This document shows positions 24,467 to 38,400 of a stretch of DNA of 64,000 bases, in pieces. Made by a program: the position numbers and the translations under genes. Source of the stretch: Marsupella aquatica (lineage: Eukaryota; Plantae; Marchantiophyta); NCBI GenBank assembly GCA_973895155.1, contig OZ316895.1:6252036-6316035 (forward strand), written 5' to 3'. The number at the start of each line of letters is the position of its first letter. The first letter of the stretch is position 1. The notes under the pieces are model-generated. The model saw only the letters and a list, made by a program, of their open reading frames with translations, did no database searches and had not been told where the DNA came from.

Positions 24467-27400
24467 GGGTGGGGGGGGGGGGCTTGTTCTCTACTTATTG
24501 ACAAGCTTGGCCGCATATGTCTTTTGACGCATGGATTCATTACTTCACATTTGATAGCAACTTTATGGCTTCATTCCACTGCTTCTTAAATGGCCCTATA
24601 ATTGCTCCTCGCTCCTACTTGTGGCTTGAACTTACCAAATCTTCTGATACACCCTAAACTTGTTGCCACCTTATCCTTATGGACAGATCCGACTGCTTAC
24701 CAAAAATATACCTTGGGTGATTGAACTAAGGCATGGATTCATGAGGTTGCCACCTCTTCTTAGGCGAGTCAACGGGCATGCAGTCCCCCCAGTGGCTCTT
24801 GTCCCTTAGCTTTGATCATGAGCTATGGCCTTTCTCATTGTCAATTTGGAGCGGTCATTGGGGCATCTCAAAGCTTGGAAATTATGGATGATGACATTCA
24901 ATCATAAAGAATAGGTCATAACTTTCTCACTAGACTTTGTAAAAGTTTTTTTTGGTGTTTTCTTTCACCAGCCTCTAGAGTGACTAATGGTTATGGCATA
25001 AGACCAATACATATGGCAAAAAGCTATGGACTATGAATTCTATATCCCATAACTTTGTGTGTCCATAACTAGTGAATTAAGGTACGTCAAATTGCGCCAG
25101 CTTTGAGATGCCCTAATATTGATACAATTTGCAAGCAGAACCAAGCTTGGTAAGTACGTGTCTCACAATTATCTGAATTACTTCGATACAGTAGTTCGCT
25201 TTGTGAAGTGGGGACGCTCGTTGAACACTTGAATTCAACCGACTAAACAATTCATTAATTCGATTGACCATGATCACTGACTTCATGTGACGAGAGGGAA
25301 AATGAAGTCCCACTGATGGCAGACGTGGCCATTTGAGTCCACCTCCAGCTTGGTTACAGTTCATAAAACAATGCAAGATCTTCGACCAGTACGAAGTCCA
25401 AACGTGTTCGCAAACGGGACGATTGTTAGTGTTTCGTACAGTAGTGGCTCCCCAGCTTCTTGCTAGGACTTTCGATTGGGCCCTGTGAAGGAAGAAAGTG
25501 GGGGTGGGATCGATGGTCTCACTGCACCGCCTTAATTCTTCGTGTTGCTGGGCTCGAATTAGAGAAACCAACAACCCTTAGCTTGAATCAGAATGATGGA
25601 GAGAAAATGCACTTCAGCTATCGCTAATAACACCAATAATTTTGCGCTGTGGGGTGAGGAAAATCTACAGTCCCCGCTTTTGTAGTTCGAGGGCATGAGA
25701 ATGATGAGGGGAGACCACTGTTCTATCATAAGTAGTACAGTAGTGGGTTCGGCACTTGGGCCCGGGCTTCGAAATTGCTCTCCTTGCACTAATTAAGGCA
25801 CTGCCGGTCGTGCATGCCTTTTAGTGGGCCTTTTAGCTGTCAGTGAGGACAGTCTGAGGGGATATTGAGGTCAATCCCGACCGAAGTCAAGTCATCTCCA
25901 ATTCTCCGTCATGATTTCTGTGATTCGAATCTGCTGTAAAAGGCTCCTATCTCATTTGATCCAAATACAACTGACAATGCTTTGCACAACAGCGAGGAGC
26001 TACTGTGCAATATTACGTCTAGTTCAAGGTCAGACCTCTTTGAAAGAATCTCCACTATTTTATGTTCAAATTTATGACTACCAATACTGTACAATCATCC
26101 AGCACTCCAGCATAGCATACAAAGTGTTGGGACTTGACGCTTGTCCGGAGACTCTAACTGCTAATGGTTAGGTATACAATGTTGGCTGCATACTCAAAAG
26201 TTACTATCCAAGAAGGAACACTGGACACCTAAAAACAGTGATGATAGTCGATTACACATCACATGACCGGATTGGATTCCAAGTCCTACATGCAAGCAAC
26301 CTGTATTAATTGCTTAGTTTATAAAGTCGGCAAACTAACATTGCTAACCAGCCCGGTGAACTATGAAGTAGGTGCATCCTAGTAAGCCGCTAGAAGTGAA
26401 AGGCAACTGGAAGTACAATCTACTAAACAAATAAGATACACTACTCGGTTGAGAGACTGAATGCGTAGAGCTCATGTGTTAAGAGTTTGTGCCTTGCTAG
26501 AAGTTAAGCAGTCAACATGATATTGAAGAAGCTGCACAAGATCCGGGGAAAAATCTCCTGAAGTCCTAAGAGGTCTGTTCAATCCCCTCTTCTATGTAAC
26601 AATCTAGCGAATTGAACAGTGGTCGATCTCGAGGTTTTGTGATACAGCAAAAATTGTAGGTCCTCACGTCCTGACTTCGTGCTTCTGTTCATGTGTGACT
26701 CTCCGAACGCGAGAATGTCACAATTAGGCACCAACAATTTCAAAATTGGCCGACCGCTCGTTGCCGACCATGACTCGTCCCAATTCAATTTATCCTGGTG
26801 AGGTGTTCGCGCTGTTCAATTGGCTGGAATGTTGGGCATAAGCTTAGAACAATGAACTCCTTCCTTTACCACGGTCGTAGCAAAAGCATACTCTGCTATG
26901 TTAACTCAGGACATGCATGACGAATTCGTGCACTTCAAGCAGAAAGGGCGAATCGATCATTTTCATCCAACTTAAACAAAGCGAGTCCAGTTTGTCCTGC
27001 AGCGACGCGCACAACATCTACTGCGTATGATTGAAGCAGAGTATGCATTCCTGCTCCAAGATAAACCTTGCCGATAGTGTGATCTATTTCACTTGGCACA
27101 ATCTGATGGCACATCAATTCACACGCGACTGATTTCTGACTAGTGTTACTTTACTTTCCAACCACGAAGCGGTACCCGTACTGCCCATTATCGTTCGCTC
27201 TGGCACATCTCGACAATGAACAGTCAAAATGAGGGTAAGGAGGGATGGGGCGGGAAAAAGTGGAAAAAAATTTAGAATAGTTTACAAAATCGTTGCCATC
27301 ACTTACTATCTCACGGATCTTTTCAACAATTTCTGATCGTCTCTCACTGGACCAACGGACTTCACCGCGCTTTCGTGCCACCCTGAGCGAGTCATGACCG

Positions 27401-28120
27401 TGATGCGTTTCTTGAATTTGTCAACTTGGGTCCCATATGAAGCCTTTAGCTGTCGTCTTTACAATCACGATAACATAATAATTCCTGATGAAGGTTTCGT
27501 TTGGTCTAACCACTGCAATTAAACTAGGCCGGCGCTCCATACCAACCCAGCACCAACGTGTGCAACGTGTTGAGCTTTGGCTTTAAAAGGCACAATGACA
27601 TTGACCCCAAATGCCAGCAATTTCTTGTAATGGCTTGTGAGCTACGAAAACATGTCCACGAAAGAGCCTTGACCTCTTGAGCTGCAGATATCTTGACCAC
27701 AAAGCCCAAGGAGCATTTGTAATCCTACCCGCACACAATTGCACGATCCACCATCAGATAGCGCAGACCAAGTTTCGACTGTGATTGTCTCCTTGTAAAG
27801 ATGCTCAGCCTTCCATCAGGACTTCCAGAGGACAACAGACCAACTATTCCTTACTATCGATATAGCCATGGACTGGCAGTTTGCTGCAAGAAAGATGCAC
27901 GTTCCGTATTATTATGTACAAAGGCTAAACTAAACTCTGACTCGATGTTGATGTAACTTCCCAGTCTTGACTGATGAGGATCAGCCCGTTCAAGGCTTGC
28001 GACCCGTTACTTAACCTCCACATGTAGAACCGACCCCTAACTGACGTTCCGGAACTGTCCAAGAAGCCTGTGGGGCAAGTGGCTGTATGCCTGAACTGTA
28101 ATCGATACTAGAAATCGTTG

Positions 28121-31100
28121 TCATGTTGGTAAAATAGTTTCCCAGTCAGGTTCTAATTTCTTTTCTGTACTCTCCGACATTTGGCAGGGTAGTGGATTAG
28201 TTGGCATAACTTTCAAAGATCGCAGGAGGGTGTCTTTGTCTATTCCTGGTTTTACTAGGCATAGAACTTGATCTATAGTGACCAACTGTGCAGATCCTTG
28301 GACTGGCTGAAACTTCAGCAACTGTGCATACTCCCGTAGTAGGTGAAACATGTAACCATACACATTCTCCATACTCAAATCATTTCGCATAAAGTCTTGT
28401 CCAGCCTTTCCAATCTTAATAGCCTGTCAGTGCCACGACGGATTACATATCAAGATAGATATTCAGAACAAACTCTGGTGTAAAGTGAGAATATGTCTAC
28501 GTTGAAAGATCGAAATGGTACAATCTTTCATTACCGTCTACCGTCAAACACAAAGAAACAAAACTTAATTTTTAATCTCTTTAATGGCTCAATAAGTTGG
28601 TTTTTTGAAGATTAAGAGCAGTCCTACTCATCTCTCTGTATTAACTCTTTGTAAAACCAGACGACACATAATTGCTACTCGTTACTAGTACTTCGTTGCA
28701 TAATTTAGAGGAAAATTCCCAGGGAGAGGGTTTTACCTGTGTCTCATTTGCGACGGCCCACTCGACTTCTCTGTCCAAGGCTTCACACAGCTGTGGAGCA
28801 ACCAGCTCTGAGGGCCTTATAGGTATATAATGCACCCATTGCCGAAGTCCACGTGAATAGAAATCATACTGGAAGGGTGAGATCGCTAGGGTCGGAGACC
28901 CACAAGCAAAGATGTACTTCAAGCTGACGGACCACCCATTTCCTTCAGTGTAAATCATGTACCTGCAGTGATCAAAGATGCAAACCTGAGCAATTGTCTT
29001 GCAGCATAGCCCATTTTCTTTTTCCTCATCAAAAATCCTCTTGAGTGATCTTACAGCCTCCAATTTCCAATACAACAGACGGAAAGCAAAACAAGGCTTC
29101 TTTGTGAAGATTACTTGTGAGTGCATTGGTCCTCCAATCTGGAATGCTCTTTTCCGTGGGAGATTTCCTCGTCCCAATTCTGTTAGAACAATCCAGAAGC
29201 AAGCCACGTGCATCAGTTCCGTTTAGATAAGCTGGAATCCTTTCAAAACATGCCCTTCATCCAGATCATGTACGTTGACCCCACTGTCCTTGTCTGAACC
29301 AGAAAGCAGGTCCCAAACCTCCCTGCAGACCTAAACTGAACCTAAACGGAAGGAAAACAAGTACTTGGGCTTGAACCCCTATTTTTGTAAACACATCCGT
29401 GACCGCAAGTACAAAGAAAGAGCTGCATATCTCGGTCACAGCACCATGAAAACAAACTCCATCGGCCCGAAGGTCGTTCCCTGACATCTGATCGGAACAT
29501 TTCACTAGCAACATATTTTAGAAGCAGTGCAGTGAAACCGCTACAGAAGTTAGAGATTTAGTTTTAAACTCGAAGCATTACCTGGGACCGAATTTCTGTA
29601 AACTTTGCATGATGGCAATGCTGAAGTTCCCTCCGATGAGGAGCACCAACGTAAGGGTTTCCCGTCCAGTACGCTGTTGGGGCCTTTGCCTCCCAGTCCA
29701 TTTTTTCAGAACCTTTGACAATTGTTTCACGTTTTTCATCCCACGATGATATCATCAACTCAGACCTAGACATTTCAGCACAAGGAAACTTCAGATCCAG
29801 CCTCGCATGCCTGCCAGTCTAGATGCAACAGGATAACGCTTTAAGTCGTGGACATCCAAGAGGTCTGTGGGTGGTCCCTTATCTTCACTAAAGTACTGTA
29901 AGGATGCTGCATTCTGTTTATGACCGCCGTTTTTTATGCTGGCAAGAATCGGGAGATTGCAGCTAATGCAAGTATTGTAAGAACTTATCTGGGATGTGAG
30001 AGAAGTTATCTATGCCCGGAAGCTATGTGAGCTAGGTTCTAAACTAAAGATGCTGAAAATCCTAAGACATGAGTACGGAAATGAATAAATTCATTGAGAC
30101 CATCCTTCTAAATAAAGAAAATTGGAAGCCCAAATACGCCACGCATCATGATTGCAACGGGGATCATGAGCGCTTTGTTGTGGACACCTCCAAAGCGAGC
30201 TTTGCGGGACCGCCCACAAAAAACCAGATGAACGATTCTTTCTAAGCATCATTTAAATTGGCAATAGACGGATTTGCAATAAAGGCTCACACAAAGGTCG
30301 ACACTTAAAAAAAAACAATATGGTAGGACTACCTATGCCAGGTACGATATTCCGCATGTGATCGAATAACTGAAATCTATGGACACCGCGCCGTGTAAAT
30401 TAGCTCTAAACAATGTCAACTCCGCTCAGTGTTTGGTCAGTCTGTGTAGCATGTTAAGATTGTTTAATTTAGTGAAATGTGTCATAGTCGTCGAAAACAT
30501 CATCACATAAAATGTGTGGACTAGACAACTTCTCCTCTAGAGAAAGCTAGGAACCTCGAAACGCAGGAGTTGATCCAAGCTTCGGTTGATCGAAGGCACA
30601 ATTGAATCTGCAAATGCCTGTCGGCCACTACAGAGGGGTTTATCGATGTAAAAGACTGGGGGCTCTACGTTATTGCAACCCTGCACACCAACAGCGGCAA
30701 TCAACCTAATGGAAATAGGACTGAGTCTGAAAGAATCGAAAAGAGTGGGTTGAGTATACGCACCAACCCCAGAATGTCCAGTCCGGAAAAGGGATATCAT
30801 AATGTCCATGGTTGGAGTCATACGCAAACAGAACAGCTGCGCTTCCACTCTTTGGCACTCGAGGTACGTCGTCACAATTGAACACAAACTCCAGATCCGG
30901 TACTTGTCCTTTAAATTTCTCCAGAAATAACAATAGCCCCCACACATCGAAAACTGCCCGATTCATAAAACATGACAAGTACCTTTCAACGTACAGCTTG
31001 CCGTCTAAAATGACAATCCTGAAAAAAGAGGATGGCTTGGCCAACTCGATCATTTCATGCGTTATTCCCGTCTCTTTCCATGGCTCAAGGTCCTTGTGAA

Positions 31101-32436
31101 TATACTGAAAGTACGAGGGGCACTCTTTTGCCGGGAGGACAGGATCGCCTGATGCCAATGGTGAGGAAGATGGGTTCGATTTCATACATTTCAATATCTC
31201 CGTAGCCTTTTCAATCGTGAAATCGGGTCCAAAAGGATTGTAAATTAGGTCCGCCGGAATGTAGTTTGAATACAGGCGGGTGCCAAATATCTGCAGACCG
31301 CCAAATAACTGCACAACGACAGCGCCACAAAAATTGCTGTCACATTCTTGCTCATCGTGGCCAACATCAACAAATCAATCCTGTCCGACTTAAATTTCAG
31401 AAGTTCATAGTCTAAAATGCAACAGGACACCACTTACATGTAGACCGCTCTGATCTGCCGGCAGTAATTGAGATAAAGGACTGTGTTGCTGAGAAATGCA
31501 GCAGAGTACATGAAAACCGTTCACCCCAAATAGACAGAAAAAAGAGTATGGAACATCGAATCGTGCGATCACATTATTGATGCAATATCGGCATACATAG
31601 ACTAGACGCCTCTCCGACAAATCTCACTTTTCAGCGAAACTTTGACCTTACCAAGACCTTATTTGGAGCCCCACCCGAGTTTCCATAAAGAGTACTATGG
31701 TTACTTCTCAAATGTCCGCCCCCCACCCCTAGACAAAACAATTACACCAACAACCCAAGCCTCCAACCATCCACTCACCCGCACACATCACTCCCCCAAT
31801 GCGTACGAGAGCCATCCCGCGCGTGGACTCAATTAGAAATTCGATCAGTGTAGCCCCAACGATGGCACATTGCTGATGATTCTCAACAGGATACGTTGAG
31901 ACTTGAGAGCACTGTCCACTGAGACAACAGTTCGTGTGCACAGGCCTACGATTTTAGGCGGGGAGAAGGACTAGAGAAAGTCTACCCGTCCGGACGAACA
32001 CTATGGCCACATTTCATAGACATCAAATTTAATTCCTTCCTATTAGCTTTCTGATCGCAAGGTAGCAAACTAGCAACAGTCATTCTCCGTGTGAAAACGA
32101 GTCTGGCACCTAAATTGTGGCTCCAGTAGCCTACCCGAAATGAGAAGATCTCTAACGGACAGAGACCAGCAAGTTAGGAGTCATCTCTGACTTCGAGACG
32201 AAGTAAAACAACCTCCCTGTTCTCCCAGAATCTAACAGAGCTGCTGGATTTGTAAGTCTCACCTGGAATTCGGACATCCTCGGAACTAACTGGGCGTACA
32301 ACCAAGGTGAAGCTCCAAGGACGGCCATCACTGAGAACATGAGCACGAAAAAGGGCCATCTCCGAGTGCCTTGGACTGCTGCTCCTTGGCCCTGATGAGA
32401 GGGTAGGACCTGAGGATCCCCTGTCCCTTTCGTCAT
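28121..32436 (-). CDS. Glycosyltransferase family 90 (CAP10 / protein O-glucosyltransferase rumi-like), ~492 aa, N-terminal membrane anchor. Exons 32436-32263, 31290-30764, 29765-29582, 29179-29115, 28962-28737, 28423-28121
   Basis: Motifs CPSYFQYIHKDLEPW, VPDLEFVFNCDDVP, DIPFPDWTFWGW, AYWTGNP, QCTHKYMIYTEGNGWSVSLKYIFAC and YMFHLLREYA. All five introns are GT-AG with compatible phases; 1479-nt open CDS. Confidence 0.92.
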
Positions 32437-35400
32437 TGAATCTCCCAACGACTTCTGCAAATTTCTGTCACACTACATCCTCTTCTCTTCTCACTCACCT
32501 TGCCTCTATTCCTTCCTATCCTTCACTTGTCGGACCCGTTGATATGCACTTCAACTTGAGAGCTCCGTTAACTTCTTATCACACATGTCTCTCTAGCTTT
32601 GTGCTCTCAACTGCCCATCGATTCCACTCCACTCCAGTCCTCCCCCTTTCTCTCTACCTTGCCTCTCTCCCTTCCATCGCCTATTGGTGCCGTTGGTATG
32701 CACTTCTACTAGACAGCTTCATCAACTTCTCATCACACTTTTTTCTCGACCTTTGTGATCTCTACTGACAATCGATTCCCAATCCAGTTCGCCGAGTCCT
32801 ACGGCTCCAGCTACTTCTTCTTTCACTACTACTGCTGAGTCAGACCCCCTCCTCCTCCTCCTCCTCCTCTCCCGTACCCCTGCCCAGTACTGCGAGTAAG
32901 TGTGGGTTCAACGGTTTGAGAGGGAAATTTTGGAGAGAGCACTAGAGCAGGGCAGGTCTCAGCAGAGAGAGCTTCGTTCCAGACAATCAAGTCAATTGCG
33001 GTTGGGGTGACAATTGGGTGCATCACAGTGGTGCTCCGGTTGTGCACATGCGCTTTTGTTGTTTGTTGCTCCCTCTAAAAACCTCGCACAGGGGGCAAAG
33101 CAAACGAGAAAGCAGAGTAGAGAGTGATGACTGTGCAGCTGATACGACACTGCTCGGATTCCTCGGAGAGTCGGAGGGTAGTAAGCTGCGCAATATGGGG
33201 GACCTGATTTCGGAATCACTCCCTGTTGATTACGGCGATGGACCGGATTTCAAAATCATTTTCGCAACGCCGGGCGATGTACAGCACAGCGCTGCTGGGG
33301 TGAATCCAATTCCCAAGGCTGGTCGATTCCCAAGGCTGGCCGAACTTTCCTCAGAGCAAGGGGGTTGGGCCACGCTGTGAAAAGAGTTCATTATATTATT
33401 CATGCCCACCGCTCTGGGCGTACTGTACTGCGAGGCTCTGATTTTACTGCCCCTCCACAGTACACACTTCCCTTCGTGAGTGCAACATGTGTAAGTGCAA
33501 CAGACGCTTTACTGCACGTCTTCCCCACTACTTGCTTTCCCCACGTCTTCCCCACTATTTGCCTTCCCCACGTCTCCCTTCAGTTTGCCCAACGTCAACT
33601 ATCTCTGTGAGCCCATTGTTTCCTTGAGTGGCCACATGTCCCCAGAGTTTGGGACCACTTGATTTCTTATCTAACAAGGTACACGAAAGGCCACCTTTCT
33701 CTCCTCTTTATCCCCTTTTAAGAAACTCAGTGGCTTTACATTCTCTACTCCACTACATCCTTCCATCCTGTGGACAAAAAATAGTCAACTCAGGTACTCT
33801 TTAGGGGATTTGGTCTGCTCAGAGTTGCATGAGCTTAGAACAGGATTTGCCATTTTTGAGCAACCCCCAAATAACCAAGTGCAAGTTAGTCCTCGGGAAG
33901 AACACCCTGTCCTGGACTTATGCACAGTTTGCATTATGGCTGGCAGTATACCAGAAGTGCAAACCACTAAATGTTGCATTTTATATATATACTATAAGAC
34001 ATTATCTATAAGTGCAAGCACAGATGGTTGTGAACTTCTAGCAACTCTTTGTCCAAAGTTCATTTTATCTTTGCCTACAAGGATGACTATTATAGTCCCA
34101 TGTGGGAATGTTTAGGGTTTAGGGTGTATCCCTCACACACTTGTGGGCATCAGAAGTATACAATTGTTCACAATTTGCACTTAAAAAAATTTCTTACAAA
34201 GTAATACCCAACTTGCACCTACAAAAACAGGAATCAAATCACAAAGTAGAAAATATATGTCAAAAGCACCCAAAAACTCAACGGGCACCCAATCGGGTGA
34301 CACAATCCCACAGGCAAACAAACAAGGGGAGGCAACCACAGAGCCCAAAAAGCCCGAAAGACTCAGGCAGGAGTCCTGCAGAACAAGAACCAGGCACATA
34401 AGAGCCTGAAACCTAAAAGCCAAAGCCCTTGCCTTGGAACAATTGTGGGAGTGGAATTTTTGAGTTCATATGCTGCATAATACTCACAAGAAAGGGGGAA
34501 GGAGGAAAATTTCAACATGAGCTACATATAATGGGGTACATGAGAATTACAAGCTGGGAAGGGAGAGTTTCCTAAAATCAAGTTGTTCATGTGTGGGTAG
34601 AGGCCAAAGGGTTTGGGATTAAGATGGATTGATTTGTTCTGCAGGTACTAAAAGTCATTTTGATGACATACATCATTATATTTTTTGTGATTTCTTGAGA
34701 TAGGCAAATTTTTGCAAACCAGCATGCAACTCTGGTGATGGAGGACAGCAAATCCATTCCACATGTCAGCCAGAAGCAGGGCAAGAGAACAAACAAAATT
34801 CAAATTCTGACAGTTCTGGGTACAGCAAACTAAGTCCATTCCATTTGACGACTAAAAGCCAGGCAGAAGAGTATCATGATTTTCTAAACTAGGGTTGGAT
34901 GGGTTAGGGGTAAATCCAGATTAACAAAGTAATTAAACAACACAGTGAGACGATGCAAGGAAAGAGTACCATTGTGATAAGAATAACATTATTAAGTAAT
35001 TGGATGCATGTAGAAATTAGTGTAGAGTAACTACATCTTGCCAACAACACAACATTGTAACTGAATTGAACAATGGACCAGTAAAGCACTGGAGATATAA
35101 ATTAAATGACTTGACAGGAAAAATTTGCACTTGAGGCTTTCATAATTCTCCAACGCCAAAATAGTGCCAGCTCTGTTCACCCCATAGGACTCACTGGCTA
35201 GAACTACCAGATTGTGAGGAGGTGAGACACAAGTAAGTAGACATGCATTTAGTGAGACATGCTAATATGCAACAAAGCTTCATCTGATCCAAGTGATTTT
35301 GCTGTACCCCAAACCCCTCATGAATTTTTTTGTTTGTATGTCTATACATGGTTATGAGACATTACCCTTCAGTGAAGTGCACTTAACCCCTCTGCCAACC

Positions 35401-38400
35401 TGGACTGGGTATTCTGGAATTTGAATGACAAATACACTAAGGTGCAGGTGGTAGACAGTGGCAGATGAGGCTTTTGCAATGTAAAAATGAAATGAATATT
35501 CCAAAAATGTCCTCAGGCTATACTTGGCAACTCATCCCTAGTTGGGGATAATGGGCTGTAACCCCCTCAGACAGGCTCAACGCCCTCTGGGATTACATCC
35601 CATTACCCCCTCTATTGGGGATGGGTTACCCTACACAAGACTTTGCCGAACACACTGTCTGAAGTTTAGCAAAAGAATTGGAAAAGCTTCCGGAGAACAA
35701 GAAAAGAGGAGCAGGCAAATACATCCAGAGAACCCAAGGGCAGAGCTGCTAAAGAAGAGCTTGTTCTGAGGGACTGTGAGAGTAGTAGAAGATAGATGAA
35801 AAACTTGTTGCACAGAACAGACTTAAGTGAAGTGGGATGATGAGGTGATGCAATGTGATGAAGAGCTCTCACCTATACTTCCTATATTATACATTGAGGT
35901 TGGCTTTTTTTGTGAAGAAATGAGCCTTGGGCCGAATAGGGTGCCAAAGGTTGGCAGCAGTTTTAGGGGTTTCCTCTGAAAGAAACCCCTAAAACTGCAC
36001 AAGGGGGAAGAGGGGCGTGTGAGGCCAGGCAATTTTATCCCACCCTTAAATATTAAACCTTAAGCTTCTGCCGTGAGGAAAGTGGAGGGGACACCCTGCA
36101 TGCAAGGAGTGCCCACAATTGGATTCCAAACCCAATCCAAGTACTCCAGCCCTTTGTCATCTTTCTTTTGCAATGAAACGCTAACCAGCAAGGGCTGTTC
36201 TACATTTCAACAAATAATCTAAAATAAAATGTACCTATGGCTTCAATATAATAGAGTTTGACCTCTTTTCTTTCTCAGGTTTTCTTTGTCTTTTTCCTTG
36301 CTTTATGTCGGTCCTTTTCAGCAATTTGTTCCCTCTATAAAAAATCAAACAAAAATCCTTCAGATTTATTCTGTTAATACTGTGGGCTGTGAGATTGCAT
36401 GCCTGGAGGCGAGGATCAAGGAGGATAAATCCTCCTCAATCCTGGCCCCTCCCCTTCCTACTGATCGTCGCCACTCCCACCTCGCACACGAGTACTCATC
36501 CCCCCTTGGCCCCTCCCATGCACGTACCAAGTTCTCTATTGAAATGAATATTAAAGACTTCAACATGTGTATTGGTTTCCGTTTTCAATGTTGACTATGT
36601 TTTCATTTCACTTTGTAGATTGTACTCTGTTTTGCATAATGATATATTTTATACAATGATGTATAAAATATATCAAGGGTTTGGTTGTATTTTATGCAAC
36701 CAGACCCTGAATGCAATTTATGACTTCTTTTGCCAAATGACCTCATTTATACAATGAAATCTTTCAGGAACCTATCTCTTTTATGCAACATCTGTTCCCT
36801 AATGATGCCCATTCTTCCTAAATTTCATTTGAAAAATGATATCTTTGGCAGAATGATATTTTTTCCCAACAACATTTGTTGCACAATGCCATCATTTCCT
36901 TAATGACATCTTTACGCAACAACATCATTTACACAATGCTATCTATGATATCAACCTAGTAGAGTTTTTTTTGCAAATGGCTCAACTTTGTGAGTATTCA
37001 CAGGTGCAAGTTAAGTTCCAGGTGACTTATCAACAAGGGGAGTGCAAGAAACCTGAATACAAGGCAAACAATGGGGGCAGGAAACCTTGATTAGCCAAAA
37101 TATTAGACCTCCTAGTCATGATCTTAACTTGGGTTAAGGTCCTACAAAATCAGTTGAATTTTCTAAATTTTGGGGCTCACATTAGTCTATATCATTAATG
37201 TGGGAGAAACTAAGTAGGGGCTTAGCATAAAGGAAGCATTACACTAAAAGAAACCATGCACTTGTTTGTGCAACAATAATTGACCGTGCATTGCACAGGA
37301 ATGTCAGGAAACCAATTTCAAGTGAGGCAAGGAACATGTATTGTCATTCCAAGTCATTCTGAGTACTGTATCATCTGTGCAACCATCTTTATGGCACGCC
37401 CAGCCTTATTTTCCTTTTATGTTGTTTTCCATTTTGTTTCAAGTGCACTTTTACGCAGTATGTGTATGTCATACTGTACAATGCAAACATTGGCACATTA
37501 TTAACATTGTACCCAAATAACATTTACGTATACTGTCCCTCAAGTTGTATCACACTGTCCTTCAAGATGCATTACACACGCCCATACACAATGTAATTCT
37601 AAGTTATAGAGTGCTCTAAACCCATATTTACATAGGAAGCAGTGACGTACAGGCTGGAGGTCACTTAATTAACATGGTTTCCATCTATGTTATTTCACTC
37701 TAGGAGAAGTAGATTGCCATGTTACTTCGTGACATGTGCCTGGCTTTGGTACAACTACGTGAACACGGGAACCCTTCCGTTCACAGGCAACGGTCCTCCC
37801 ACAATGTAGGACATAATCTTGGCCGTCGGTATGTGGTCGGAGGTGAAATCTTAATGACCCACATTACATAGGAAATATGTCCATGCACACCCATTTAAAA
37901 GGTGCTTATGGGTCTAAGGGGAAAAAATTGGAAAACCATGCTATAAACAATGTAAAGTTCTCCATGGGACAACACCACAAATTCATTGCCTTGCTTGCCA
38001 CAACTTTAATGGGGTTATTTGCATCATTTGTGATATTAATTTGTTTATGTCATTTTGAAATGATGTTGAAACTTTGAGTGACATCAACTTTGTGCAGACC
38101 ATGCTAATTAAATTGTACGTTGTCTGACACGACATAAACTAGCCTAAATCCTAATCTAACATTGGGTGCTCTAACATTAACCGGTGGAGGCTATGACCCA
38201 AAAAACAATGTTCAACCTACTCGTCTAGTATATCCCCCAAAATAAAAATTTGATTTCATGAACATCAAGTTAGTACAATGAAACTCAAATTTTGGGAAGT
38301 TTGGTCCATGAGGGCTTCAAAGATAAACTTGTGGTCCATTGAGCCTTCAAATTCCTAGTTTTAATATTTGAATTATTTTAAAAAATTTGTTGATCGCATA

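Noticed and set aside
28641-29213. 190-aa ORF as a single exon
   Set aside because: Only 28737-28962 is coding in this frame; the rest is intron plus a small exon in another frame.
34111-34123. Telomeric TTTAGGG repeats
   Set aside because: Only two units; too short to call an interstitial telomere.
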